Shown here: in pieces, positions 1 to 12,971 of the stretch | Layout of the letters: every line of letters begins with the position of its first letter | Position numbering within the stretch: the stretch's first letter is position 1 | Assembly (NCBI GenBank): GCA_964016885.1 | Contig: OZ024743.1 | Span: 4,712,001 to 4,776,000 of the forward strand | Origin: Eledone cirrhosa | Taxonomy: Eukaryota | DNA: 64,000 nt | Direction: 5' to 3' | Program-made: the position numbers and the translations under genes | The notes under the pieces: generated by a model | What the model saw: the letters and a program-made list of their open reading frames with translations, nothing else | Database searches by the model: none | Told to the model about the DNA's origin: nothing

Positions 1-1090
1 TTTTCTCCCGGATTTTTTTTGGTTTTGAGTTAACATTCCTGCGTGGTCCACGGCTGTTTCATTTAAATTGTCACCGTTTGACCCTTGGATGCCTGAAGAG
101 GAGTCTTTCTACTCTTTTACAAACATTCCAGCCAGATCTCTAATTTGAGAATAACCTTCTCCTTTCTTTCTTCACCCTTCCTTTTCATGAGTCTCGGTGG
201 AAGTGAAAGTCGTTATAAGCCTTATACTTACTTCTGACTAAATGATAAATAAACTTGGCGTTAAATCTTGTCGAACCCTATCAATATTCCTCACACAAAC
301 ATAGTAACTACTGTCGGATTGACTGAAATGATGTAATGTTGAACTACATACATGTCATACTGTATTCAGATACTCATTTTACATTTCGAGTTCAAATTTC
401 ACTGGATTTGATTCAGGTTCAACAAATGATAGGTACCAGCAGTGTATTAAAGTTATTGTTCAGACCCATGGCAACATTGGTTGAACAGATCTATAATCAA
501 AGACATTCTAGCCATTGTAGTATCTTCTGACTTGTGCTTCTTTTCTTCGTGATGTTAGTGTATGGTTTGTGGGAAATTTGGCTGCTGAGGTAGATTCAAC
601 CAACTCTACTCACCTTTTCTACACGTATGAAACATTATGTCGAAATTAGAATTGAAAATTTCACTTAATGCTCAAGAGGTAATGATCAAGATACCTCAGT
701 TTCAAATATCTGATTAAACCCATTCATATAATATATACACATTGACTCTGCACAAGATCGTCACAAAATTTAATTTTCCTTCTTTTCCAGTCTCATTGAT
801 TGTTTTGTCCCACTCATCTAAGAAAGGCATTCGCATTCCAAATTAACTGGGACTTTTTAATATCGTACACCTTGTCCATAAAAGTAATTTAATAGGTTGA
901 TATATTGGTAGGTGACGAAAAGGTAAGCTGGTCGACAGGTATGTAGCTAGGTGGGTAGGTGAATAGTTAAGTATGTAGGTAGGGAGATAAGTAGGTTGGT
1001 AGAGAATAGCCGGTTACTAGGTAATAGGAGAAGGGAAGAAAATAAGCATGTGTGTTATACACACACACGAACGCATATACATACATACAC

Positions 1091-1323
1091 AGGGGCGATG
1101 GAAGTATTTTTTGTGTGTTGAGGGTGAGGGCAAATTTGGTTGTAGTGATTACTTTAGCTCTTAGCACTCTAAAATGGTCAGAAAACTTCGATATGCGATT
1201 AACATAACATATACATAAATTGAAGTGCATATCCAAATAGATGTGTTTTGGTAGTTTGGGGAGAAAAAAATTTATTATTGGCGGGATCATGGCCCCACTG
1301 CCCCCTCCCCCAGTTCCACCGCC

Positions 1324-1326
<3 letters not shown>
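1091..1326. mobile_element. Non-autonomous DNA transposon (MITE), about 236 bp
   Basis: TIRs AGGGGCGATGGAA (from 1091) and TTCCACCGCCCCT (ending 1326) match at 12/13; non-coding interior; superfamily not assigned. Confidence 0.55.

Positions 1327-1403
<77 letters not shown>
1327..1403. repeat. (TA)n microsatellite, representative of dozens in the window
   Basis: Read directly; other long (TA)n tracts at about 7755-7918, 11781-11834, 25096-25225, 30869-30966 and 51087-51300. Confidence 0.95.
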
Positions 1404-1407
<4 letters not shown>

Positions 1408-1628
1408 ATAATAATAAATTTGAAGACTAAAATCCAAAGAGGGTTCGATAAGGATAAATATATATCAAATATATAAGAACCGTAGAGCAAATATTTATTA
1501 AAATAGCAGATTAAAGTTTAAGCAAGAATCGCTGCTTTCACCCTTAACAGGATCTTCTGAAACTCAGAAGATCCCGTTAAGGGTGAAAGGAGCGATTCTT
1601 TGCTTAAACTTTAATCTGCTATTTTAAT
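1404..1628 (-). mobile_element. PLE-like fold-back element, family A (U4A hammerhead at 1515-1564, minus)
   Basis: Inverted arms about 1497-1560 and 1564-1628 with a 3-nt loop, flanked by (TA)n; same sequence recurs at 12431-12878 and 63652-63803. Confidence 0.7.
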
Positions 1629-1826
1629 ATATATATGCAGAGGTTATATTTAATTTGTTGGGATTCAACAAGCTTAAAAAATGTTATAACTGATATAAAG
1701 CACTCAACAAGTATATATATATAATGTAAAGAAAATTATGCTCTGTACCCTTTCCTAAGGGGTTGATATATCGAGCTTCTCCGCATTTGGTAATAAACTG
1801 CTATTATGCCTAATGTATTCATCTCC

Positions 1827-1970
<144 letters not shown>

Positions 1971-1981
1971 GAGAGAGAGAG

Positions 1982-2175
1982 AAATGTATGACCCCGGCGG
2001 CAGAGCTCAAGCCGTTTCGACGGCTATTTCTGGACTGAGACCAGAAATAGCCGTCGAAACAGCTTGAGCTCTGCCGTTGGGGTCATACATTTTCCTATTA
2101 CCCACTCTACTACCCTAAGTATTGAGTACTCTGGTGCGTTATGGTCCATCTGGTTCCTTACCACAACTCCTTCGT
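1982..2175 (+). mobile_element. PLE-like fold-back fragment, family B (3' half of hammerhead plus tail)
   Basis: Hairpin arms 1982-2033 and 2041-2092; 2041-2175 is the reverse complement of about 30979-31112. Confidence 0.7.
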
Positions 2176-2213
2176 TATATATATATAGAGATAGATAGAT
2201 AGATAGATAGATA

Positions 2214-4346
2214 GATTTCTTTATTAGCCACAAGGGCGCAACAAGAAAGAGGACAATACAAAGACATGCCGGGGATTTTACATACAGTCGTGTAAAAAAT
2301 ATAAAAACAAACAATTTCAACAATCGAAATCCCCAATAGGGGGGAGGCGCCACAAATGGGTTGTTTAATACCCCGTTGATAGAACAACCCTCAACTTGAG
2401 GAGCGTGTTGTGCAAGTGCTCCTTTCTTCCTTTTGCTCTCTTCCTCAACCTACAGGCTTATAAACAGAGAAGGCCCAATCACTCGGGCCATTTTCGCTTC
2501 ATTCACCCACCTTTCAGTAAATTTACTGGGGTGCAGTGCCTCTCTCTCCACCCTGATTCTCCTTCTAAAGTGATACTTAAAGAAGGGAATCAATTGTTGT
2601 CCGGAGAGAAAGGCATCTGTCCTCAGTCCTCTCAACCTCGTCCACCATATAACTTCTTTCACCATAGCCACCGTACAGAGGAAAACCGCCTCTCTTTCGT
2701 TTTTGAAAGAGTCTGGCGGTTTGATCCTTACTATGGACTCGGCAGTCAATTGTATTTGTCCCATACGTGACAGCAGTTGTTCTGCATAGTTCCACAGGTC
2801 GCTTACGCCCGGGCAGTGTACAATTGCGTGCAGAACTGTTTCAATGTCCTGCGCACATCTTGGACACGTCCTCTTGGAAGGATCCCTGCCAGGGCGTCCG
2901 TGCCTATAGATCTTGTCACGAACCGGTAGAGCTCCTCGGTAGCACTGCCAGGCCAGGGACCTCTGGAAGTTGTCCATAGGTCCCGGGCGGAAAGTCCTAC
3001 CAAACATACTGGTGAGCTCATCGTCTTCAACGCCCAGAGTCTCTCCGAGCACGTCGTCGCCCTTGTAACGTACAATCCCTCTATAGAATGTCGAAGTGGA
3101 GTCTCCACTGATTGCTGCGCCCGCTTGCCAGAGGACTGTGAGCGCCTGAGCGCATTCAATGTGCTAGGCGCCCATCGTTTTCGGTCTTTTCTTCACCCAG
3201 GACTGCAGCTCCGTTAGCGAGACGAGCTGTGGGAAAGCCTGTCTCACAAACGGTGCCCACACCGGTTGGGGCTCGGTGAGGAATACCTGGACATGCCGCA
3301 GCCTCAGCGCATGTTTGTGCATCATCAGCCACGGCATTCCCAGCCCTCCGTTGGAAGGGTGCTGACAGCAGACGGATCTCCTCACCAGCGGAGCCTGCTT
3401 CTTCCACAGAAACTGGAAGAGCATGCGTTCCATCTTGGCGAGGTGTTCACGGGGACAAGGCACGACAGTCAAGCGGTAGTAGATGACGGACGCTATGAAA
3501 GTGTTCGCCACCTCCGCTCGACCTTTCAAGGACAGTTTGCACTCTGCCCACTTCTGAGTGAGTGCAAACACCTTGGCCGTGACCTCGTTCCAGTTTTTCT
3601 CCACCTGGAGGTCTGGACCGAACCAGACCCCGAGCAATTTCACCGGTCCGTCCGTCCAGCGTCCAACGACGCTGTCGGATGTCATCGGTTTGCCTCTCCA
3701 CGTACCGAGTTGCAAACCGACAGACTTGTCTGGGTTTAGTTTTGCTCCCGTCAGCGTTTCGTATTCTTTCAGTATGTTGCCGATCACCCCGATTTCCGAG
3801 GTGCTCGACACCATTACTGTCACGTCGTCGGCATAAGCCGACGCCGCTTTGCGCAGTCCCGGTTCTAGGGGGATGCCCTGCAACAGCTCCAATTTCCGCA
3901 GTAGTGGCTCTAGAGTCAATACATACAGAATGGAGGAGAGAGGGCATCCCTGTCGAATGGAACGCGTGATTGCGAACGGCTCCGATAGGTAGCCGTTCAC
4001 CTTGACTCTCGAGCAGATGCTGGTGTGCATCGCCTCGATCCATCCTCTGAACACGGGACCGAAACCGGCCGCCTTGAGAACCGCTTCCAAGTATCGATGG
4101 TCGACCCTATCGAATGCCTTAGACTGATCCAAGTTGATCAGAGCCCCACCGAAGCCGGGTTTACTACCCACCCTCTCTATGATGTATCGCATGAGGTGGA
4201 GGTTGTCGTGTATGGACCTGGTCGGGATTGCACACGTTTGCGCTTTCCCTACCAGGTTCTCGACGACAAGCGCCAACCTCGTCGCTAGCACCTTGGCCAA
4301 AATCTTTAACTCTGTGTTGAGCAGAGTTATGGGCCTGAAGTTGTTA
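2214..4346 (-). mobile_element. 5'-truncated Tx1/L1-clade LINE inserted in (GATA)n
   Basis: ORFs 3164-4300 (RT: LDQSKAFDRV, RQGCPLS, AYADD) and 2450-3052 (CPRC...HAIVHC zinc finger) are clearly homologous to ORF2 at 40561-43980; frameshifted; (GATA)n on both flanks. Confidence 0.92.
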
Positions 4347-4864
4347 AGATAGATAGATAGATAGATAGATTTATCATTGCTATTGGTGAGTTATGTTACT
4401 CTAAAGTTTCACTTGCGCACTCACAAGATCGCCAGTCATGTAAGTACACAAGTGAAACTCCAGAGTTACAAGTCCCATCACTTAGCAATAATAAACGAAT
4501 ATTTAAAGTGTACTCCGGTATTAAGTTTTCATTCACGTACTCCCAAGGCAGATTATTTTATTTTACATTAAAAACACATTATATACGACAAAAAACGAAC
4601 ATTACACGAAATTCCATATTTACGAACGTAAACTATACAATTACCGATTTCCCAAGCACCCCTTATTCCCACCCCTCATATTATTTGGGATCCTCTCTAT
4701 ATCCACTACATGACTCTCTCCCATTATTCTTTCTCTGTATCTACAACCACCAAATTCTCCCTCTCTCTATATCTAACATACAAAACACTCCCAATCACCC
4801 TATTTATATCAATTTTCTCCAAACTCCCCTCCTCGCTATCTCCACTACACTCTCTCATAATCGC

Positions 4865-4911
<47 letters not shown>

Positions 4912-5134
4912 ATCACCAACTCCCTCCTCTATATCTTTTACGATACTTACTGTCTCTCCCAATCCCCACTCTATATTTAGCAATATTTATCTTTCCCAAC
5001 CACCTCATTATATCTACAAGCATTGAAATCTACACCTCTCTATATCTACTACACGTCATTCTCACTCCCAAACCCCTCTATATATCAATTACCACCAAAC
5101 TCTCCTCCTCTCTATATCTACCATACAACACACA

Positions 5135-5212
<78 letters not shown>

Positions 5213-5304
5213 TTCTCACTCTATCCATCACTACCAAACGCCCCCTCTCTATATCTAACAATACATATCTCTATCAATCCTCTCCCTCTATTCATTACCA
5301 CCAT

Positions 5305-5760
5305 CGCTGGCTGATCTTGAGGACTTTCCGGACAAGAGACCGAGAGACCATGTTGATACTATGGAGGACATTTGTCCTAAGCCGACTGGACTACTGCTTC
5401 CAACTGCGGTCACCCCATAGTATCAAACTAACCACGGAGCTTGAGTCAATTCAACGAAGCTACACCAAGTGGATTTCCACGATGAAGGAGATAAGCTACA
5501 GGAAGAGGCTAAAGTGGTGCCAAAGATCCCATCTTTCACATCTAGGACAAGAAGCAGTTATTGCAATACACTGCGGTTGAAAGGCCCTCAACTCTTCAAC
5601 AAGCTGCCAAGAAATTCTAGAGATCTGCATGGTTAAGAAGCTAACCTGGGGATAGCAGCAAGGAATTCCCTCTTAGACCAATGGCCAGCCAATACAGGAT
5701 GGAGATAGAACGTGTAGCAACAAGGGCGGTGCCCTGCCCCAGCATGGCCTCAGGACCCCG
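5305..5760 (+). mobile_element. CR1/L2-group LINE 3' fragment
   Basis: Translation ILRTFRTRDRETMLILWRTFVLSRLDYC..SPH...LESIQRSYTK.I..MKEISY..RLK matches the typical post-RT region of CR1-group ORF2; internally deleted. Confidence 0.75.
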
Positions 5761-5799
5761 ACGGCTGGAGCTCAGCCATCGGAGTCCTGACTCTTTTCC

Positions 5800-5871
<72 letters not shown>

Positions 5872-5923
5872 TATAGATAGGTAAATATACACGGGTGTGT
5901 ATGATTGTGTATAGAAGATTATG

Positions 5924-6306
5924 TTAATAAGAGGAATTCCAACTTTGTCTGATTTACTCGTTTTATTTACAATCCTTTAAAATATATAATGGTATTATAA
6001 TGAAATAGTATGATAGAATATTACATTCTAAGTGTTAATTGAACAAGTACTTTCATGCTTTCGCAATCTTCAGGTTCATAATATGTGGTGACAGTCGAGT
6101 TTGCAATTTTCAACTGTTGAAAATTGCAAACTCGACTGTCACCACATATTATGAACCTGAAGATTGCGAAAGCATGAAAGTACTTGTTCAATTAACACTT
6201 AGAATGTAATATTCTATCATACTATTTCATTATAATACCATTATATATTTTAAAGGATTGTAAATAAAACGAGTAAATCAGACAAAGTTGGAATTCCTCT
6301 TATTAA
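5924..6306. repeat. 383-bp palindrome (191-bp arms, 1-nt centre at 6115), PLE-like fold-back
   Basis: Arms read as reverse complements around CAAC-T-GTTG; (TA)n follows. Confidence 0.92.
6152..6190 (+). ncRNA. Minimal type I hammerhead ribozyme (mirror copy 6040-6078, minus)
   Basis: UGAAC-CUGAAGA-UUGC GAAA GCAU-GAAA-GUAC-UU^GUUCA: stem I UGAAC/GUUCA, canonical core, palindromic stem III AAGUACUU. Confidence 0.85.
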
Positions 6307-6620
6307 TATATATATATATATATTGGTAAACGGAAAAGAAAATGCTGACAAATTGTTCACAGTGAAAAATAGTTTACTTAGGAATAAGTGAGAATTAGTA
6401 ATAGTATTGGTTAGTATTCAGTTTTGGTTTTAAGTTTTACCGGTTGCGCATTTCTAATGCTTTTCAAAAATAATTTTGAGATAGAGCGTCCGTGATGTTT
6501 GCTCTGATATATTTATAGTTGGTGTGGGATGCTTAAAGCGTCTATATGCGGTAGGCCGTTTGAGCACTCGATGCTCTTACAGAGCAGAGTATAATATCAT
6601 ATAAGAAACGGATAATCAGT

Positions 6621-6842
6621 GGTGCGACGAATTCAAATTTATTAGACATATTACAATCGATGCGATGATCGAACCTCACTCTGAAATCGCAAGATCCTGA
6701 GATCAAAATTTGGTGACTCTGCTTCGAAAGATCGAGACGTATCTAAGGATCTTGCGATTTCAGAGTCAGGTTCGATCATCACATCGACCGTGCCTGGAGC
6801 TGGTCGCCAAAGAAACGAATTAATAAATTTTAATTCGTCGCA

Positions 6843-6844
<2 letters not shown>
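6621..6844. repeat. Nested inverted repeat (outer 6621-6645/6821-6844; inner 6657-6698/6746-6787)
   Basis: Arms read directly; abuts (TA)n; probably another fold-back insertion, but no intact HHR was found. Confidence 0.7.
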
Positions 6845-6883
<39 letters not shown>

Positions 6884-6887
<4 letters not shown>

Positions 6888-7329
6888 TATTTTCCGTTGT
6901 GTTGTAATATAAATATTACACACAGTAGGTTGACAGCTCACGTAGAGTTTGCTCGACGGTTCCAGTTGTAGTTCCAAAAGTAATTCGGAGAAAAGTAGAA
7001 AGATTTGAATGGATACAGTTTAGTTGAAAGGAATTTATTGACACGTGTTTCTATAACAGTTACATAACCTGAAAACAGCTGCTATCTACAAAGTTTTAGT
7101 TATGCAGACATTCAATATTTCAATGTTATTATTTACTGTCATTTCATCAGTAATATTATTGTCCTCAGTAATATTATTCTGATGAAATGACAGTAAATAA
7201 TAACATTGAAATATTGAATGTCTGCATAACTAAAACTTTGTAGATAGCAGCTGTTTTCAGGTTATGTAACTGTTATAGAAACACGTGTCAATAAATTCCT
7301 TTCAACTAAACTGTATCCATTCAAATCTT

Positions 7330-7330
<1 letters not shown>
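6884..7330. mobile_element. PLE fold-back, family E (short copy of 57192-59474)
   Basis: Arms 6999-7150 and 7179-7330 plus one-sided tail 6884-6998; HHR-like CUGAUGA-AAUG..CAUU-GAAAUAUU at 7179-7215 with weak stem I; (TA)n on both sides. Confidence 0.8.
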
Positions 7331-7377
<47 letters not shown>

Positions 7378-7399
7378 TGTGTATGTATCTATGTGTATG

Positions 7400-7454
<55 letters not shown>

Positions 7455-7554
7455 TAAAGAACGATCGACTTTCGTCAAATCGGACCGAGGGAACAATGTT
7501 TCCGTTGGTCTTTCCAATTGCTAATACTGTCTATCGGTCGCAACTCCAGGTAGA

Positions 7555-7672
7555 AGGAGCAACGTGAAATAAAGTGTCTTGCTCAAGGACATAACGCATC
7601 GCCTGGCCCAGAAATCGAACTCGCAACCTTACGATTGCGAATCCAATTCTCTAACCACTCAGCCACACGCCT
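7555..7672 (-). mobile_element. tRNA-derived SINE 5' part
   Basis: Minus strand has A-box TGGCTGAGTGG, B-box GAGTTCGATTTC and central motif TGTCCTTGAGCAAGACACTT. Confidence 0.75.
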
Positions 7673-7714
7673 GTATGTATATATATACATAGCCACACGC
7701 TATGTATGTGTGTG

Positions 7715-8638
<924 letters not shown>

Positions 8639-10325
8639 ATATATATATATATAAGGATTAAAATACTGGAGCGTGTTGGAGTTAAACACCCTCTTCGTAT
8701 TATAGAAATGACAGTAAAAGGTATAGCTCAATGTAATTAAACAGAGCCGAAGAATTATGAAAATAAAACAAAGAAGCCTTCAATACATCAAAAGTCTTTA
8801 TTAGCCAACAATGTTTCGTCCTATTAAGGACTCATCAGGGCAATTAAAACCACAAGAAGTACTATCGGCCAATACAAGCCGAAAACTCCGAAGAATATGG
8901 AGTGTACATACACTAAAGTATTGGAAGATTATGGGTAAAAATATATAATAAAAATCACTAAGGAGGTGGATAACATTTTGAACCATATTACAAATATAGT
9001 CCAAAGCAAAAAAAACCTAGAGCTAAACAAAGGTGGTTATATAGAGCGGGAACTATATATAATACAATATAATATAATATAATATACTTGTAACAATATT
9101 AAAATTAAAATTAAAAATTAAGATTAAAAGGCACAATATACATATGTATATATGTACGCACATATACATATACATATACATCAATACACATATCCATCAT
9201 TAACAGCACAAATTAAACCTTATTAAGAGTTTAAATATAAATAAGCATAATAGGAATAAAAATAATAATAATACGTATATCTAATATACATGAAGTAATG
9301 AAATGATTAAAAGTAACACATATAATATATAATAAACTATATAATTATATAATATATAATATAATATAATAGATAATCTCCGGTTAATTTACACAAACAA
9401 TATAGATGTCACAATAATACTATAATAATAATATAATAATATATAATATATAATGGCATGTAAGTTAACAAATCAATTCATATAGAGTTACAGAGTAGGT
9501 GAGAAAAAATATAAATTGTACAATACCCAAAATTATGATGGTACAAAAATATAAACATCTTACATGATATATAAAATTTAACATATCAAAATGGCTCATA
9601 AAATCATCGGTAAGTAATAAGGATCAATAGTACAATAACAACTTCAATATAAAATAATGAACATAATATAATATATAATTACTTATAAATACAAGGTTGG
9701 TAAACAGACATATATGTGGATGAGTGAATAAGGGCCAGACAGAAAATAGTATGCACAGTAGTATTAATAAATAAATAAATAAAATTAACCGGGAATTAAA
9801 AAAACAAAAACAAAAGTATTTACTTAGGTCTCACATGCAGTTAAGTAAAAACTTAGGAAACAACCCAGATAAATGACTCGAAAACCCTATCTGATAAATT
9901 AATATTGAAAATATTTAAAATACCTAATAAGGCAATACAATATTAGCTATGGTTTAAGTCATCAAAATTCCTAAACATTAATATTTCACTATAAATATAT
10001 ATATGAAGGAATGAAATATTCTACTATCATTTACATAACGATATCTAAAAAAAAACTGACTTAAGCAGAATTATGGTAGGCTAATAGGGACAGAAAAAAA
10101 GAAATGTATGAAGGATACAAAGGAGCATAAAATCACAATCAATATGCTCCTTTGTATCCTCCATACATTTCTTTTTTTCTGTCCCTATTAGCCTACCATA
10201 ATTATGCTTAAGTCAGTTTTTTTTTAGATATCGTTAGGTAAATGATAGTAGAATATTTCATTCCTTCATATATATATTTATAGTCTGTTTACCAACCTTG
10301 TATTTATAAGTAATTATATATTATA

Positions 10326-11310
10326 CTAGCAGTAAAGCCCGGCGTTGCTCGGGGTCGCTCAGTAGCTGTGTTAAAGTTACAATGTTAAGTTTCTTTCTTG
10401 GCTTAAAAACTGTAGTGTCTACTGTGCAGACTTGCATGTGGTGTTTTTGATTAATATTCCCTCAACCAACAATATGCCTTATGAAGTTAAGAAAACATAA
10501 CGATAACCCGAATGTTATAACAAAAGAGGATGCTGGGGATAGAAACTGCACTGGTTATTTATTAACAAAGATCGAAAATGTAAACACTGCAACGCAGAGA
10601 AAAACATTAGCGTAACCAAATTATCAGTTATGTCTGTCTGCACGCCTATATCACCTCTCTGCACGACTATCTGTCTGCACGCCTATATCACCTCTCTGCA
10701 CGACTGTCTGTCTGCACGCCTATATCACCTCTCTGCACGACTATCTGTCTGTACGCCTATATCACCTCTCTGCACGACTGTCTGTCTGCACGCGTATATC
10801 ACCTCTCTGCACGACTGTCTGTCTGCACGACTGTCTGTCTGCACGCCTAACGACGAAATATTTGCTTGTTTTACGTAGTCTTTAAATAGACTTGTTTTCA
10901 AGTAAAAATATTGTTTTAAAATGCTTTTAAATGGAAATGAAGCAAAACGGAAGCTTAGTGTTCGAACTGATGAATTTTGCAGGTCAATATTTTGCTGGCT
11001 CAACAACTGTTCGTGTATTGTGTTAATGTCATTTTAAACGCTGAGAAAGCCAACGTAATTTTTTACGTAAGACGCTCAATGTAAACAGAACAAAGGGAAA
11101 TAACTGATAACTTACGCTCAAAAATCGATACATTATATTCGATTTCGTCACATAGGGTGGGTCAATTTGAAATATGTTTTTTCCGATGTCTTCGCTAGGG
11201 CTCAATGTACAAGTATAGCAATTTCGGTGCAATTCCGTGAGAGATTCTAAGAGGAGATGTTTGCCAAAAATCGATAGACAGACAGACAACCACAGTTTTA
11301 TATATATAGA
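10326..11310 (-). mobile_element. Non-autonomous Helitron, 985 bp
   Basis: Minus strand begins TCTATATATATAAA and ends with hairpin CCCGAGCAACGCCGGG then CTAG; inserted between A and T with no TSD; the empty site is visible at about 9658-9680. Confidence 0.9.
10631..10848. repeat. 37-bp minisatellite, about 5.8 copies, inside the Helitron
   Basis: Unit TGTCTGTCTGCACGCCTATATCACCTCTCTGCACGAC at 10631, 10668, 10705, 10742 and 10779. Confidence 0.92.
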
Positions 11311-11690
11311 TTATGTTCATTATTTTATATTGAAGTTGTTATTGTACTATTGATCCTTATTACTTACCGATGATTTTATGAACCATTTTGATATGTTAAA
11401 TTTTATATATCATTTTATATATCATTTTAATTTTAATATTGTTACAAGTATATTATATTATATTATATTATATTATATATAATTCCCGCTCTATATAACC
11501 ACCTTTGTTTAGCTCTAGGTTTTTTTTGCTTTGGACTATATTTGTAATATGGTTCAAAATGTTATCCACCTCCTTAGTGATTTTTATTATATATTTTTAC
11601 CCATAATCTTCCAATACTTTAGTGTATGTACACTCCATATTCTTCGGAGTTTTCGGCTTGTATTGGCCGATAGTACTTCTTGTGGTTTTA

Positions 11691-11735
11691 ATTGCCCTGA
11701 TGAGTCCTTAATAGGACGAAACATTGTTGGCTAAT
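11691..11735 (+). ncRNA. Minimal type I hammerhead ribozyme (mirror copy 8800-8844, minus)
   Basis: AUUGCC-CUGAUGA-GUCC UUAAUA GGAC-GAAA-CAUUG-UU^GGCUAAU; canonical core, perfect 4-bp stem II. Confidence 0.85.
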
Positions 11736-11776
11736 AAAGACTTTTGATGTATTGAAGGCTTCTTTGTTTTATTTTC

Positions 11777-11839
<63 letters not shown>

Positions 11840-12161
11840 AAAGAGAGTAAGGTTCTATACAAAACAGTGACTATACAAAGATGAAAAGACCTTCTATACA
11901 AAGGTGAAATTGAAAATAGCCCCCGAAAATATGTTTAAGGATCTGTTTTTCTCTTTTTTTCTTCCTTGATTCGTCAAAGTGACATTATGGAAAAAATGAG
12001 AGGGACAATTCTTTTAAAAAAGAGTTTTATAATGTATATAAAATATATATAATATAATAGGTTTCGATGTATCAGTGTAATCTATCTTATCAAATGTTGA
12101 CTATTACAATTAAAAAGAATTAAAAAGAACTAAAAATTAAAGATTTAAAATTAAATGTTGA

Positions 12162-12242
<81 letters not shown>

Positions 12243-12246
<4 letters not shown>

Positions 12247-12400
12247 TCAGGATTCTACCAGTTTTAGTAAGACCATTATTCAGCAGAGCACTCTATACTT
12301 AGGTTAGTAGAGTGTCCGACGGCTGAGCTCTTGTTGTTTCGACAACAAATCCCAGATTAGAATTTGCTGTCAAAACGGCAAGAGCTCAGCTGCCTGACCC
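12243..12400. mobile_element. Diverged family-B-like fold-back fragment
   Basis: GGCTGAGCTCTTGTTGTTTCGACAACAAAT...ATTTGCTGTCAAAACGGCAAGAGCTCAGCTG hairpin resembles 1982-2092. Confidence 0.5.
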
Positions 12401-12430
12401 CATATCTCAATATATATATATATATATATA

Positions 12431-12878
12431 TTTATTAAATAACAGATTAAAGTTTAAGCAAAGAATCGCTGCTTTCACCCTTCACGGGATCTTCTGAAAC
12501 TAACAAAGTCAATCTGTAAACGCAGAAGTGGATATTTCAAAAAACGTTGCAACCGGAGGAAGACAGGAAGACGATACTTTGGTTTTTTAGGTATGTTTTC
12601 CTGCTTGGTACGGGTATGTTCTTTGTAGAAATATTCAGATGTTGTTTCTGCATGATGAATATAAGTCAGTAGAGTGCTCAACCGAAGGAGCCAAATAGTA
12701 ATAATAATAAAATTGAAGACTAAAATCCAAAGAGGGCTCGATAAGGAAAATATATATCAAATATATAAGAACCGTAGAGCAAATATTTATTAAAATAACA
12801 GATTAAAGTTTAAGCAAAGAATCGCTGCTTTCACCCTTAACGGGATCTTCTGAAACTAACAAAGTCAATTATTATTAC
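12431..12878 (-). mobile_element. Family A unit with terminal redundancy (356-bp period, two HHR copies)
   Basis: About 80-bp direct repeat at 12431 and 12787, each containing the HHR fold; (TA)n flanks; no credible ORF. Confidence 0.8.
12807..12857 (-). ncRNA. Type I hammerhead with U4A core variant (also 12451-12501)
   Basis: AGUUU-CAGAAGA-UCCC GUUAA GGGU-GAAA-GCAG CGAUUCU UUGC-UU^AAACU: all three stems pair, core CAGAAGA. Confidence 0.72.
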
Positions 12879-12934
12879 TATATATATAAAATTAGGAAAC
12901 GAAGCAAGTCAAATATATATATATATACAGTATG

Positions 12935-12971
<37 letters not shown>

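Larger units (their letters stand above)
8654..11780. mobile_element. Large PLE-like fold-back, family D, interrupted by a Helitron
   Basis: Left arm 8755-10129, apex about 10130-10142, discontinuous inverted arm 10143-11780; HHR in both arms; (TA)n on both sides. Confidence 0.8.

Noticed and set aside
88-215. CTGAAGA...GAAAG hammerhead-like words
   Set aside because: No stem II or stem I pairing could be built.
7590-7672. tRNA-like A/B boxes
   Set aside because: No complete cloverleaf, and continuous with a SINE body; SINE head rather than tRNA gene.
10631-10848. 37-bp repeats of CRISPR-like length
   Set aside because: Head-to-tail units without unique spacers, no cas genes, eukaryotic context.
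8801-11734. Identical 67-aa ORF on opposite strands (8801-9004 and 11531-11734)
   Set aside because: It results from the inverted repeat, starts at TTG, and overlaps the hammerhead; no protein signal.
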